From the NCBI GenBank assembly GCA_963804995.1, contig CAWDSK010000001.1, positions 371,305 to 435,304 of the forward strand: a stretch of 64,000 bases of DNA, read 5' to 3'. This DNA comes from an uncultured Acidobacteriota bacterium (lineage in GTDB: Bacteria; Acidobacteriota; Terriglobia; UBA7540). How positions within the stretch are numbered: the stretch's first letter is position 1; each line of letters opens with the position of its first letter. Below the pieces are notes generated by a model. The model saw only the letters and a program-made list of their open reading frames with translations. It made no database searches and was not told the DNA's origin. A program made the translations under genes and the position numbers. Shown piece after piece: positions 17,824-27,117 of the stretch.

Positions 17824-20085
17824 TCAACGGCCCAGGGCTTCGGCCCGCGCCAACTTGGTGGCCCGTTCTGCCGCCGGATTGAACTCTTTGATAACAAAAT
17901 CCGAGCCCGCGTCCACCGCTTCGTAAATCGCCACGCCGCTACTCATATTGCTGAACATCTGGCGGAACCGCTCTTCACTGGCTTGCAGTGCCTTCTCGCC
18001 TTGCTTCTTATCCGTGATGTCCTCAATCGCCACCACAGCGTGTTTGCGTCCATGGAGAAGGACCGGCTCAGCGCTCACTTGCAGCCAGCGTCGTTCCTCC
18101 CGCCCGCCGATTAACAGGGTCGGGTGAACTTCTACACCCTGTACCCGAGCGCCCAAAGACAGGACTTGGGTGATGCTCTGGCGCAGCGGGCACGACGGGC
18201 AGGCTTGGGTGTAACCGCACCCATTGGGGTGTTCGTGGCTGTGAATGCAGCCCAACCCGGCGCCGGCCCTCTGGTGGATTATTTCCGCAGGGTTGCGCCT
18301 AACCATCTGCGCGGCGACGGAGTTTGCCTCCACAATCACCGTCTCCTCATCAATAAGCAGCATCCCGACTGGCGCGGAGGCGAATACTGCCGTGAGATTA
18401 TCCCTTTCGGTTTGCAGTACCGCTTCGGCCCGCTTGCGTTCGGTGATGTCGTTGATCACGGCAAAGTGGGCAATGACCTCACCCTGGGCGTCGAAGGCCG
18501 GAGCCACGGAAAGCTGAATGTCAATCCAGGAACCATCTTGCCGCTGGCGGCGCGATTCCACATTCGTGACGGGCTCGCCCCGGCTGGCTCGCGCTACAAT
18601 GGATTTTAGATTTTCCCTTTCCTCCGGCGGGACAAAGGGAAGCGGCCCGCCCAGGACTTCCTCCGCGGTCCAGCCGAACAATCTTTCTGCGGCAGGATTC
18701 CACATGCGCACCAGGCCGGCATCATCCAGTGAAATGATGGCCGCTGGGGAAGCCTCAACCACGGCCTTGACCGCCTCATTAGCCTTGCGCAGGGTCTCAT
18801 CGGCCTGCCGGCGGAGTAGCGAGGCGCCGAGCGTCTTCGCCGCCGCGCGCAACGCCTCGGTTTCCGCCACTGACCACGCCCGTGCACTCTGGCAATCGTC
18901 GAAACCGATGAAGCCCCACCACGACTTACCCACAAAAATGGGCACTACGATGAGGGATTGAATGCCCTCCCTCGCCAGAAGGCGGCGGGCCGCTTCCGGA
19001 AGATCTTTGATCCCTCCTTGACTAACCTTCCCTTGTCGGATCTCCTCGCACCAAGTCTCTGCCTGGCTCCCTTTCCAGGAGAAATTCTGTAGTTCTGGAT
19101 TGTGGGCATGTGGGGTGATGCCAGGCGCTGCCCATTCGCAACGCTGGCTACTCAGCAGACCCCCATCCGGGCCGAGGTGGTTCTCAAGGATATAGGCCCG
19201 GCTCACTTTCAGGGTTTTTCCCAAGCGCTCCAAGACGACTTGGAGGCTTTCTTCCCAGCCATCCCCCGAGAGGAGTTTTTCGGCAGCAAAGCTGACTGCT
19301 TCCAGAATGGCGTCCCTGCGGCGGAGGGCTTCGGCAGCCTCCACCTGTTCCGTGACATCGCGATGGAGACTTAGAATCGCAGCTTCCCCCGCATACTCGA
19401 TGACCGAAGCGCTAATCAAAAGCGAGATGGGGCGACCGTCCTTTCGGTAATGGACCGTGGCGAAATTCGTGCAGGTCCCGTTCTCTAAAACCTTATGGAT
19501 CTCCTCTTCCCCGCGCGGAACATCCTTCGTGAAACTCTTCTGGCTGGCGCCCACCAGCTCGTAGTAGTCCCGTCCGTAGAGCTCGCACGCCTTGCGGTTG
19601 GCATCCAGGACGATTTCACTCTCCGGCTCAAAGATCAGAATGGCGTCATTTACACCTTCGAAGAGCTCCCGATACTGCTTGGCGAGAGACGCCTCGCGAT
19701 GGGGCCACTGGCGTATGATGCTGGTCTGCGGTTCTGCCACCCTTCGTTGCCAGACCACCCCCACCAGCAGGGCAAACAATCCCAAACCTAAAGCTGGTAG
19801 GAGTAGCAGGGCAGGTGCGCGGGAAAAGTAATTGGGGGCCACCCCCTGAGGCTGTAGGGCTGCCGCGGCGACCGTCCCGGCTGATTCGCCCGTCCCAGGG
19901 GCCAGGGCAGCCTTCCCCCTTTCGGGAGAGCAGGTCAAAGCGTGCGGGGTTTCAGGTTCCCAGGAGGACGGTAAATTTCGAGCCGTACAGACGCCGAGCC
20001 GCCCCGCGAGGAGCAGGAGCATGAGGCCGGAATGAAGGGGTAGACCCCATCGCACCAAGGCATGTGCTGGTTGAGGTGTTTTCAC
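17824..20085 (-). CDS. Membrane-anchored multi-PAS/GAF sensor portion of the same kinase; ends at the in-frame TGA 17826-17824
   Basis: Contains several PAS modules and a GAF-like module plus a TM segment (APALLLLPALGLGLFALLVGVVW). The likely start is GTG 20085, which overlaps the upstream RR stop (GTGA). The ORF track starts at 20157. Confidence 0.8.
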   Translation of the reverse strand: MKTPQPAHALVRWGLPLHSGLMLLLLAGRLGVCTARNLPSSWEPETPHALTCSPERGKAALAPGTGESAGTVAAAALQPQGVAPNYFSRAPALLLLPALGLGLFALLVGVVWQRRVAEPQTSIIRQWPHREASLAKQYRELFEGVNDAILIFEPESEIVLDANRKACELYGRDYYELVGASQKSFTKDVPRGEEEIHKVLENGTCTNFATVHYRKDGRPISLLISASVIEYAGEAAILSLHRDVTEQVEAAEALRRRDAILEAVSFAAEKLLSGDGWEESLQVVLERLGKTLKVSRAYILENHLGPDGGLLSSQRCEWAAPGITPHAHNPELQNFSWKGSQAETWCEEIRQGKVSQGGIKDLPEAARRLLAREGIQSLIVVPIFVGKSWWGFIGFDDCQSARAWSVAETEALRAAAKTLGASLLRRQADETLRKANEAVKAVVEASPAAIISLDDAGLVRMWNPAAERLFGWTAEEVLGGPLPFVPPEERENLKSIVARASRGEPVTNVESRRQRQDGSWIDIQLSVAPAFDAQGEVIAHFAVINDITERKRAEAVLQTERDNLTAVFASAPVGMLLIDEETVIVEANSVAAQMVRRNPAEIIHQRAGAGLGCIHSHEHPNGCGYTQACPSCPLRQSITQVLSLGARVQGVEVHPTLLIGGREERRWLQVSAEPVLLHGRKHAVVAIEDITDKKQGEKALQASEERFRQMFSNMSSGVAIYEAVDAGSDFVIKEFNPAAERATKLARAEALGR

Positions 20086-20708
20086 GGCGTCTTCCCGGTA
20101 TTGACTTGCAACCGATCGAGTTCCGGTTGGACATAGCGGACGTAGCACTCCGGGCAAATCCCGTGACTGAACTGCGCCCCCGAATGCTCGCTGATGTACC
20201 CTTCCACCTGCTGCCAGTAATTCCGATCATTACGGATTTTCTTGCAGTAGGAACAAATCGGCAGCAACCCTTGCAGTTGTTGGACGCGCGAGAGGGCTTC
20301 TTCCAATTCCCGGACACGCTGAGCAAGGGCCCCTTGCAATTCCAGGACGCGCAAGCCCACCTGGACGCGCGCGCGCAATTCCTCGCGATCAAACGGTTTG
20401 GTAATGTAATCATCCGCCCCGGACTGCAAGCCATGGATCTTGTCCTCCAGGCCGCTCCGTGCCGTCAGCAGGATGACGTAAATGGGGCGTGTCCCGGGAC
20501 CTTTGCGGATCTGGCGGCAGATCTCAATCCCATCCATGCCCGGCATGAGCCAATCCAGAATCGCCACTTGCGGCGCCTCTTCACCCTGTAGGACCTCCCA
20601 GGCGCGCGTGCCGTCTTCGACCGCGATAACCTCATACCCCCACCGGCGCAGGCTGACCTCAAGGATGTGCCGGGAAACCATTTCGTCTTCTGCGACCAAA
20701 ATCCTCAT
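20082..20708 (-). CDS. Response regulator with a Cys/His-rich C-terminal module
   Basis: REC domain (MRILVAEDEMVSRH...LDWLMPGMDG), a coiled linker, and then LLPICSYCKKIRNDRNYWQQVEGYISEHSGAQFSHGICPECY. Confidence 0.9.
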   Translation of the reverse strand: MRILVAEDEMVSRHILEVSLRRWGYEVIAVEDGTRAWEVLQGEEAPQVAILDWLMPGMDGIEICRQIRKGPGTRPIYVILLTARSGLEDKIHGLQSGADDYITKPFDREELRARVQVGLRVLELQGALAQRVRELEEALSRVQQLQGLLPICSYCKKIRNDRNYWQQVEGYISEHSGAQFSHGICPECYVRYVQPELDRLQVNTGKTP

Positions 20709-20777
20709 AGAGGAAATCCTTCGTTACGATTCCGGCCCGAGCGCCAAGTTCGGTTAACGGCGCTTGAGAGGGCCCGT

Positions 20778-22940
20778 TTACTTGGCATCCGATCGACCCG
20801 AAACAACCTTTCGCAGCATCACGGAAAGCCCCTCCAGCGTGTAAGGCTTCCCCAGGAAATCGGCTTCCTGCGCGTCCTGGGCATCGCGGAGAATTTCGCC
20901 GGTGCTGTAGCCAGAGGCGAAAATGACCTGTACCTGGGGATTGATCTTCCGCATACGACGGAATGTTTCCAGGCCGCCTATTTCCGGCATGATGAGGTCC
21001 AACAGAACACAGTCGATTTCCCGGCTATGCCCCGCGTAGATCTCCAGTGCCTGGTGCCCGCTTTCCGCCACCCAGACCTTGTAGCCCAACCCTTTCAATC
21101 CCGCTTCGGCAAAGGCGCGCACCAAGGGTTCGTCATCCACCACCAGCACGGTTCCTGTCCCCAATTGGATCCTTCCCGAGCCTCCTGCGTCCATGCGGAG
21201 CGCCGGGGCGGCAATCAACGGAAGGTAAAGGGTGAAACGCGCCCCCTGACCCACTGCACTCTCAACCCGCACGAACCCCTCGTGGTTTTTGACGAATCCG
21301 TAAACCATGGCGAGCCCCAGGCCCGTGCCCTGGCCGGGCGCTTTGGTGGAGAAAAACGGATCAAAAATCCTCGGCAGGGCTTCGGGCGTGATTCCCACCC
21401 CAGTGTCCTGGACGGCAATACTGGCGTACCGCCCGGGAGCGCCATGCGCCGGCAACTCCGGCCGCCCGGCATCGAGGTCAAGGGCAGTGGCCTGTAACGT
21501 CAGCGCGCCTCCCTGCGGCATGGCATCGCGCGCATTGATGCACAGATTGAGTAGAGCCTGCTCAAGATAGCTGGGCTCCGCATTGACCCAGAGAGGGTCA
21601 CCCTCAGCGAGAACTGACACATTAATGCTGCGATCGAACGTCCGGGCTACCATACGGCGCACGCGGTCCAGCACTTCCCCGACGCACACGGCTTTCACCT
21701 GTTGCCGCTCGGGGCGGGCAAATCCCAGGAGTTGGCGCGTAAGGTCGGCGGCGCGCTGGGCGGATTGCTCAATCATCCGCATGGATTCTTGCAAGGGGTC
21801 GTCCGCGCCCAGTCTTTGGCGGGCCAAAGAGGCGAAGCCCAGCATGACACTCAGCAGGTTGTTGAAGTCATGGGCAATGCCGCCCGCCAGCGTCCCCAAG
21901 GCTTCCATTTTTTGGGCCTGGAAAAGCTGCTGCTGCAGGCGCTCTCTCTCTTCTTCCGCTTTCTTCCGCTCGCCCACGTCCTGGATCATCCCCAGGAAAG
22001 ACGCTGGCCGGCCCGCCGAGTCTTGCACCAGGGAAACGGTCAGGGAACACCAGACGGCTTCGCCAGACTTCCGTAAGTAACGTTTTTCCAGCGTGGGTTG
22101 CGAGGCTTGACCCTCCAAGACCCTCTGCACGTAATCCCGGCTCGCGGCCGTATCCTGCGGATGAGTAATCTCCTCGAAATGTTTTCCCTGGAGTTCCCCG
22201 CGCGTGTAGCCGAGTAAAGAAGCGAACGCGGGGTTCACCGTGAGAAACCGCCCGTCCAGCCCCGCGAGCGCCACCCCGAAACGTCCCTGTTCGAAGATGG
22301 ACCGGAAACGCTCTTCCGAAATCTGAATCTGTCGATAGAGCTCGCTTCGCTCCAGGGCGATGGCGGCCTGGGTGGCGACCTGTTCGATCAGCTTGCGGGT
22401 TACGGCTCGGATGCCGTCCGGTTGTTGGCCGGCAATGTCCAGAACGCCCAGGAGGCTGGACCTGGTCTGCAAAGGAACGGCATACTCACACCGGACCTCG
22501 GAGATGAAATCCCGGCAACGAGGGTCCTTTTCGACCTGCGGGACGTAGACAGCTTCTTTCTGCTTTATAGCCCACGAGACCAGGGCCCGTTCCTTGAGGG
22601 AAATGACTTGCTGGGTTAACTCCCGCTTCCCACCGCATGCCACGCATTGCAGTTCCCCTGCCGCCGGCTCCAGCCGATAAATCCGCGCGTAGCTGAGCCG
22701 CTCCCTCTCGACCAAGCGCGTGAGGATCGGCCCCAGAACCGACTCGGCATCCAGCGTGCCCGCCAGCGCCGAGTTGATCTCCACCAACAAAGAAAGCTGA
22801 TGGGTTCGGGCCTCGGCCCCATCCAGGGGGCCGTGCACATCCAGCGTGGGCGCGAATACACCTTCGCTCACCCCCAGGGGTGGCACGTGTTCATGAGGAG
22901 ATCGAACCAACGGACTATCGCGGGGGGTAGTTATACCCAT
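20778..22940 (-). CDS. Hybrid sensor histidine kinase (GAF-PAS-HisKA-HATPase_c-REC)
   Basis: 720 aa with H-box AHDFNNLL, G-box [11 protein letters not shown] and a C-terminal REC domain ([10 protein letters not shown]...[11 protein letters not shown]). Confidence 0.9.
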   Translation of the reverse strand: MGITTPRDSPLVRSPHEHVPPLGVSEGVFAPTLDVHGPLDGAEARTHQLSLLVEINSALAGTLDAESVLGPILTRLVERERLSYARIYRLEPAAGELQCVACGGKRELTQQVISLKERALVSWAIKQKEAVYVPQVEKDPRCRDFISEVRCEYAVPLQTRSSLLGVLDIAGQQPDGIRAVTRKLIEQVATQAAIALERSELYRQIQISEERFRSIFEQGRFGVALAGLDGRFLTVNPAFASLLGYTRGELQGKHFEEITHPQDTAASRDYVQRVLEGQASQPTLEKRYLRKSGEAVWCSLTVSLVQDSAGRPASFLGMIQDVGERKKAEEERERLQQQLFQAQKMEALGTLAGGIAHDFNNLLSVMLGFASLARQRLGADDPLQESMRMIEQSAQRAADLTRQLLGFARPERQQVKAVCVGEVLDRVRRMVARTFDRSINVSVLAEGDPLWVNAEPSYLEQALLNLCINARDAMPQGGALTLQATALDLDAGRPELPAHGAPGRYASIAVQDTGVGITPEALPRIFDPFFSTKAPGQGTGLGLAMVYGFVKNHEGFVRVESAVGQGARFTLYLPLIAAPALRMDAGGSGRIQLGTGTVLVVDDEPLVRAFAEAGLKGLGYKVWVAESGHQALEIYAGHSREIDCVLLDLIMPEIGGLETFRRMRKINPQVQVIFASGYSTGEILRDAQDAQEADFLGKPYTLEGLSVMLRKVVSGRSDAK

Positions 22941-23329
22941 CCTTTTCCTTGCGAGCTTGGCGCTTCTGCCGTAGCCTTAGCCGGGAATCTCTTGCCCGGC
23001 GACGCGTTTGTCTTCGCATGAACAAAAGGCCCGCGCCATGCCTTCCCTGGCCTTCATCTCAGTATTGAGAAACCCGGGTGGTCCCCATTCCTGCGCATGC
23101 CTTTTTCCTCCATTCGAGTTCGTGCACGCTCAAACAGGACGGTTCAAACGGCCTGCCTGCCAATGACAACTCGACCCACCCGTGCACACAGATACCCTCC
23201 ACTTATTCTTCGGCAGGAACTAGTTAGGACTTGAATGAGTTATGTAGGTTAGGGAATCCTTAGATTCAAACGCCCCATCAGTAAATGAATCAATTGTCCG
23301 AGTATTTGATGGCTGGATTGCGGGTACTC

Positions 23330-23431
23330 GTAGCGCCGACCGGAACCTGTCCCGATCTGCTCGGGAGGTAGGCATGTGCTTGTGGCGCCGACCTTGAGGT
23401 CGGCATGTGTCCCGACAGGTCGGGACGCTAC
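23330..23431. repeat. REP-like element, family A (inverted relative to 556-660)
   Basis: The reverse complement reads ...gcctacctcccgagcagatcgggacaggttccggtcggcgctac, closely matching 560-605. It also has an extra gccgaccttgaggtcggc hairpin. Confidence 0.7.
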
Positions 23432-23785
23432 AAAAGCGACCCTGACAATCATACGCAGCGCGATTTGAGACGCACTGCACTGCCAGGATTTAAGCAACTA
23501 CGTCGTAAGATTTTCAGATTCGATCTTGTACTGACCCCACGCGCCTTCGCCCCTCCGCACCTGCGGCAACCTCAAATCGAATCTGCTTGGTGAAGAATCT
23601 CTGCGGGACTTTGATTCCACCCGCCACAATATCAATACTAAGAAGTCAAAGGGCCGGGCTACTGAATATCCAGGAGGTCATACCTGCCCTTCTGAGGAGA
23701 TCCTTCCTGCGGAAACACCGGCCTTCCCCCTGTGCTTGACTCAACACGGATGCCACTCGAAACCGTGAGCGGGGTTGCTGCCTCC

Positions 23786-24229
23786 TTACGCTGCCTGGAG
23801 CTGCGCCGTGCAGTGGGGACAGCGGGTGGCTTGAAGCGCGATCCCGCCCGACACGCAATAAGGACATTCCTTGGTGGGCGGCGCGGCGGGAGCCGGCTGC
23901 GGCTGCATCATCCGGTTCACCTGCTTTACCAGCAGGAAGACCACGAAGGCCACAATCACAAAATCGATGATCGTGTTGAGGAAGGCGCCGTAACCGATCA
24001 CGGCTGCTCCCGCCTTTTTGGCATCTGCCAGCGAGTCGTAGTGCGTTCCCGACAGGTTAATGAAGAGGTTCGAGAAATCCACGTGCCCCAGGACCAGCCC
24101 GATGGGCGGCATGATGATGTCATTCACCACGGAGCTGACGATCCTCCCGAAGGAGGCCCCGATGATGATGCCGACCGCCATATCGATCACGTTGCCGCGC
24201 ATCGCGAACTCTTTGAATTCCTTCAGCAT
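23786..24229 (-). CDS. mscL: Large-conductance mechanosensitive channel with a C-terminal CxxC...CxxC extension
   Basis: [44 protein letters not shown] is canonical MscL. The tail is [25 protein letters not shown]. Confidence 0.92.
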   Translation of the reverse strand: MLKEFKEFAMRGNVIDMAVGIIIGASFGRIVSSVVNDIIMPPIGLVLGHVDFSNLFINLSGTHYDSLADAKKAGAAVIGYGAFLNTIIDFVIVAFVVFLLVKQVNRMMQPQPAPAAPPTKECPYCVSGGIALQATRCPHCTAQLQAA

Positions 24230-24677
24230 GTTCTCCTCCTTGTGGTTATGGCTAAGATTGGTTCGATCGCCCTGGCCGGTATTCCCCTGGCCTCATTTCG
24301 CGGCGTTACCGAAAGTCAGCCGCAGGCCCGTGGAGAGCAACAGGTCATTCGTCTTCTTCCCCGGCGGCGGGTCGCTGAGGTAATAATCGTTGAAAGAGGT
24401 CTGCCAACTCAATACCTTCGTGAGCCTGGTAACCAGGCCCGGGCTGAAAGTGACCCCTTCCGGTTGCGCTAGGCACGCGACCGATTTACCTGGGAAACAC
24501 CTTAGACCTTGACGCTCCAAGGATCCCGGCTACGGGAGTTTGTTGAGGGGCCGCTTCATGGCGAGGCACAGTCCGCCCATGCTGGCACACGGGTAGCGGC
24601 GCACCGAGCATAGGAAGCACCTCGACGAGAGGTTCTCACCGGGGCCGCTTGCGCAGCCCCGGCGATGCAGGTGCAGG

Positions 24678-26471
24678 TTACTTCTTGGTCGCCGCTTTCT
24701 TGGTGGGTGCTGGCTTGGGTGCCGGCTTCTCCATGGGCTGTTTAGCGGCGGGTTTCTGTTGTCCCATCAGCACGCTCAGGTCATCCGCGTTATACGGGTA
24801 GTAGCGGAGCGACGTTTGACCCGTGGTGCTGAGCTTAACGTCCACGCGACGGTTGTTGGCCATGCGGAATTCGTAGAGATTGCGTTCCACACGCTTCTTA
24901 TCTTCGGAGCTGATATTGGGGTTCTGTTCGGTCAGGTCGCGAACCTCTTTATCGGTGAGGTTCTGTTCTTTCCCGAAAGCCTGCGTCTCGATGCTGGCAG
25001 CAGGAACCCCGTGGTCAACCAGATAGCTCTTCACACGGTCGGCGCGGCGTTGTGACAAGGCTTGGTTGAACTCTACGGAGCCGCGATGGTCGCAATGCGC
25101 TCCCAAAATCAAGTGTGCCTCAGGCCGGAGCTGGAGATACTGCTTGAAATTGGAAACCATATCCTCCAGGCGCTTTTCCTGGCTGGACACAAGGCCGCCC
25201 TCGGGAGCGATCACAGTGGGCAAATTCCACGGAAAGTAAACGCTGTTGAAGGCGAGCCTGGTCTCAAGCGTAGCTTCGCTTACGGCTGACTCCGCCTCAA
25301 TCGAGCCCATGATATGCAAGGTCGCGGTCTTCGTCTCTGACCCCCCGCAAGCATTGCTGGCATGCAGAGTGTAAGTGACGGTCTCATCGATCGTTCCAGG
25401 GGAGGTCTTGGTGGGTTTGATTGGAATCGAGCGATCGCCACTGGCTCCCACTGTGCCCAGGGGATCAACCGAGACACTGGTCGCGTTCCCGGCAGACCAA
25501 CTCACCGTGGCGTTGCCCACCTGGTCAACTTTCGAGCCGACCTGATGGTAACGAACCTCTCCCGGCGACACATTCAAGGAAGCCTGGATGGCCGTGTTGA
25601 CGGTGACGTTGCCGTCCGAAGTGTAGATCCCACCCGGCCCGGCAGCGGTGAACTTATAATCGGTGGTTTGGTTCGGTTGCACCGTCTGGTCGCCGGAAGC
25701 CCCGACCGCGCCAACCCCGCTGATCTCGTACTTGACGGCGCCATCGGAGGACCAGGTTAAGCGAGCGGAATCCCCGCAATTGATCTGGCCAGGAGTGGCG
25801 GAGAACTGGCCGGAAACCTTCTGGACGGCCACTTCCGCACTGGCGATGCCGAATTTGAAGCGCGGCAGCTCTTTCAACTGCTCGCCGCGCGACCAGGGCA
25901 CGGTCTTGCGCACGCCCTTGCCATTATCCACCACTACGCGCTGGTTCACGGGCACATCAACCGTGGTCGTCCAGGCCCCGGCGGGGAGATTGCCATGGTT
26001 CAGCACGGTCAATTGATACTTCCCGGCGGGAACAACCAATTCCTGCTTCCAAACCCATTCGTTGTCTTCTTCGTCGCCATGTCCAACAAAGAAGGCAGGG
26101 TCCGTGCCATTCAAAAGGACGGCATCACGGTCCGCCCCTTCCAGCGTGATGCACCCCCAGGGACCGGTGACCGTACTGGTGATGGCTTGCATCGTCACTT
26201 CGATCACGAGTGTCTTATGGCCCGTGATTGTGACCGTGCGGGATTCGGGTTTGTATCCGTAGTTGTACATATCAATCTTGTGTTCTCCGGCATCCAAGAT
26301 AGCGTAGTGGCCCCGCGCGTCGACAACGGGCTTGCCGTCGGCAAAAATGTACGCTGTCGCCGGGGACACACGGACGATTAGATGGCCTAGCTCTGCCTTG
26401 GCAGGCCGCGCGCTAATCAACAGCACAGCAGCTATGGCCGTGAAAAGATAGCTGAGATTACGGACACGCAT
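24678..26471 (-). CDS. OmpA-family protein (PEGA/Ig-like repeats plus an OmpA_C peptidoglycan-binding domain)
   Basis: The C-terminal region GAHCDHRGSVEFNQALSQRRADRVKSYLVDHGV is OmpA/MotB-like. ATG 26471 is preceded by AAGGAGG, whereas the ORF track starts at TTG 26516. Confidence 0.85.
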   Translation of the reverse strand: MRVRNLSYLFTAIAAVLLISARPAKAELGHLIVRVSPATAYIFADGKPVVDARGHYAILDAGEHKIDMYNYGYKPESRTVTITGHKTLVIEVTMQAITSTVTGPWGCITLEGADRDAVLLNGTDPAFFVGHGDEEDNEWVWKQELVVPAGKYQLTVLNHGNLPAGAWTTTVDVPVNQRVVVDNGKGVRKTVPWSRGEQLKELPRFKFGIASAEVAVQKVSGQFSATPGQINCGDSARLTWSSDGAVKYEISGVGAVGASGDQTVQPNQTTDYKFTAAGPGGIYTSDGNVTVNTAIQASLNVSPGEVRYHQVGSKVDQVGNATVSWSAGNATSVSVDPLGTVGASGDRSIPIKPTKTSPGTIDETVTYTLHASNACGGSETKTATLHIMGSIEAESAVSEATLETRLAFNSVYFPWNLPTVIAPEGGLVSSQEKRLEDMVSNFKQYLQLRPEAHLILGAHCDHRGSVEFNQALSQRRADRVKSYLVDHGVPAASIETQAFGKEQNLTDKEVRDLTEQNPNISSEDKKRVERNLYEFRMANNRRVDVKLSTTGQTSLRYYPYNADDLSVLMGQQKPAAKQPMEKPAPKPAPTKKAATKK

Positions 26472-26699
26472 GAGAGTCGCCTCCTTTACAGTTAACTGCT
26501 CCTTCATTGATTCCAAAGCTCATTCAGGATAGGGCGGATTATACCATAGAATCTAGCATTTTCAAGTACACGCAAACGATTGGAGCATTCTCGGCGGCGG
26601 CGTGTCTGTTCAAAACAGCTCAGTTTGGCGGTAAATCAGTTCGGAACCCCAATCTGCCCCTCATGCAGCAGACACCTCAGACACCGCCCTCTCTTGCCC

Positions 26700-26916
26700 C
26701 AATACTGTTCACTTAGAGTTGCGAGATTGCTATTCGACCCCCTCACCCCCTGACCCCTCTCCCCCAAAGGGGCGAGGGGAGAGTTGGTTTGAGGGGTTTG
26801 GATCTTCAACCCTCGCCCCCTTGGGGGAGAGGGTGGCCCGTAACCGGCGCTTTCATCAGCCGGGGCGGGACGGGTGAGGGGGTTCAAGCCTCAGATCGCC
26901 TAAATGAACAGTATTG
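26700..26916. mobile_element. MITE-like composite, 217 bp, with 17-bp terminal inverted repeats enclosing family-C repeats
   Basis: Left end caatactgttcacttag (26700-26716) and right end ctaaatgaacagtattg (26900-26916) match at 16 of 17 positions as inverted repeats. Flanks ctcttgccc and ctctagccc are 8/9 identical direct repeats. The interior holds the ccctcgccccc ttgggggagagggtgg...gggtgaggggg repeat. Confidence 0.4.
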
Positions 26917-27117
26917 TCTCTAGCCCGCCTTTCTGACCGATTTGTTTGCCACCCAAAGCTTGGGCTACCCCGCCAGTGCCGCGATCCGCATTTTATCGCG
27001 ATTATTTCCAAATGTATAATAGCGCCGGCGGTCCTTTTTGACTTCGTCTGTGACCCCCGGAGCCGGGCAAATCCTGGCATGAAAAGTGGCGGTCGCACCT
27101 GAACCAAGGCCGCTCCA

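Noticed and set aside
17824-17826. Selenocysteine or genome-wide TGA recoding as the explanation for the in-frame TGA in the PAS kinase.
   Set aside because: I could not find a convincing SECIS-like hairpin within about 50 nt downstream. A Sec residue in a PAS core has no precedent known to me. Neighbouring well-defined genes end at TGA at the expected C-terminus (the response regulator at 20082, mazF at 36186), so TGA functions as a stop here.
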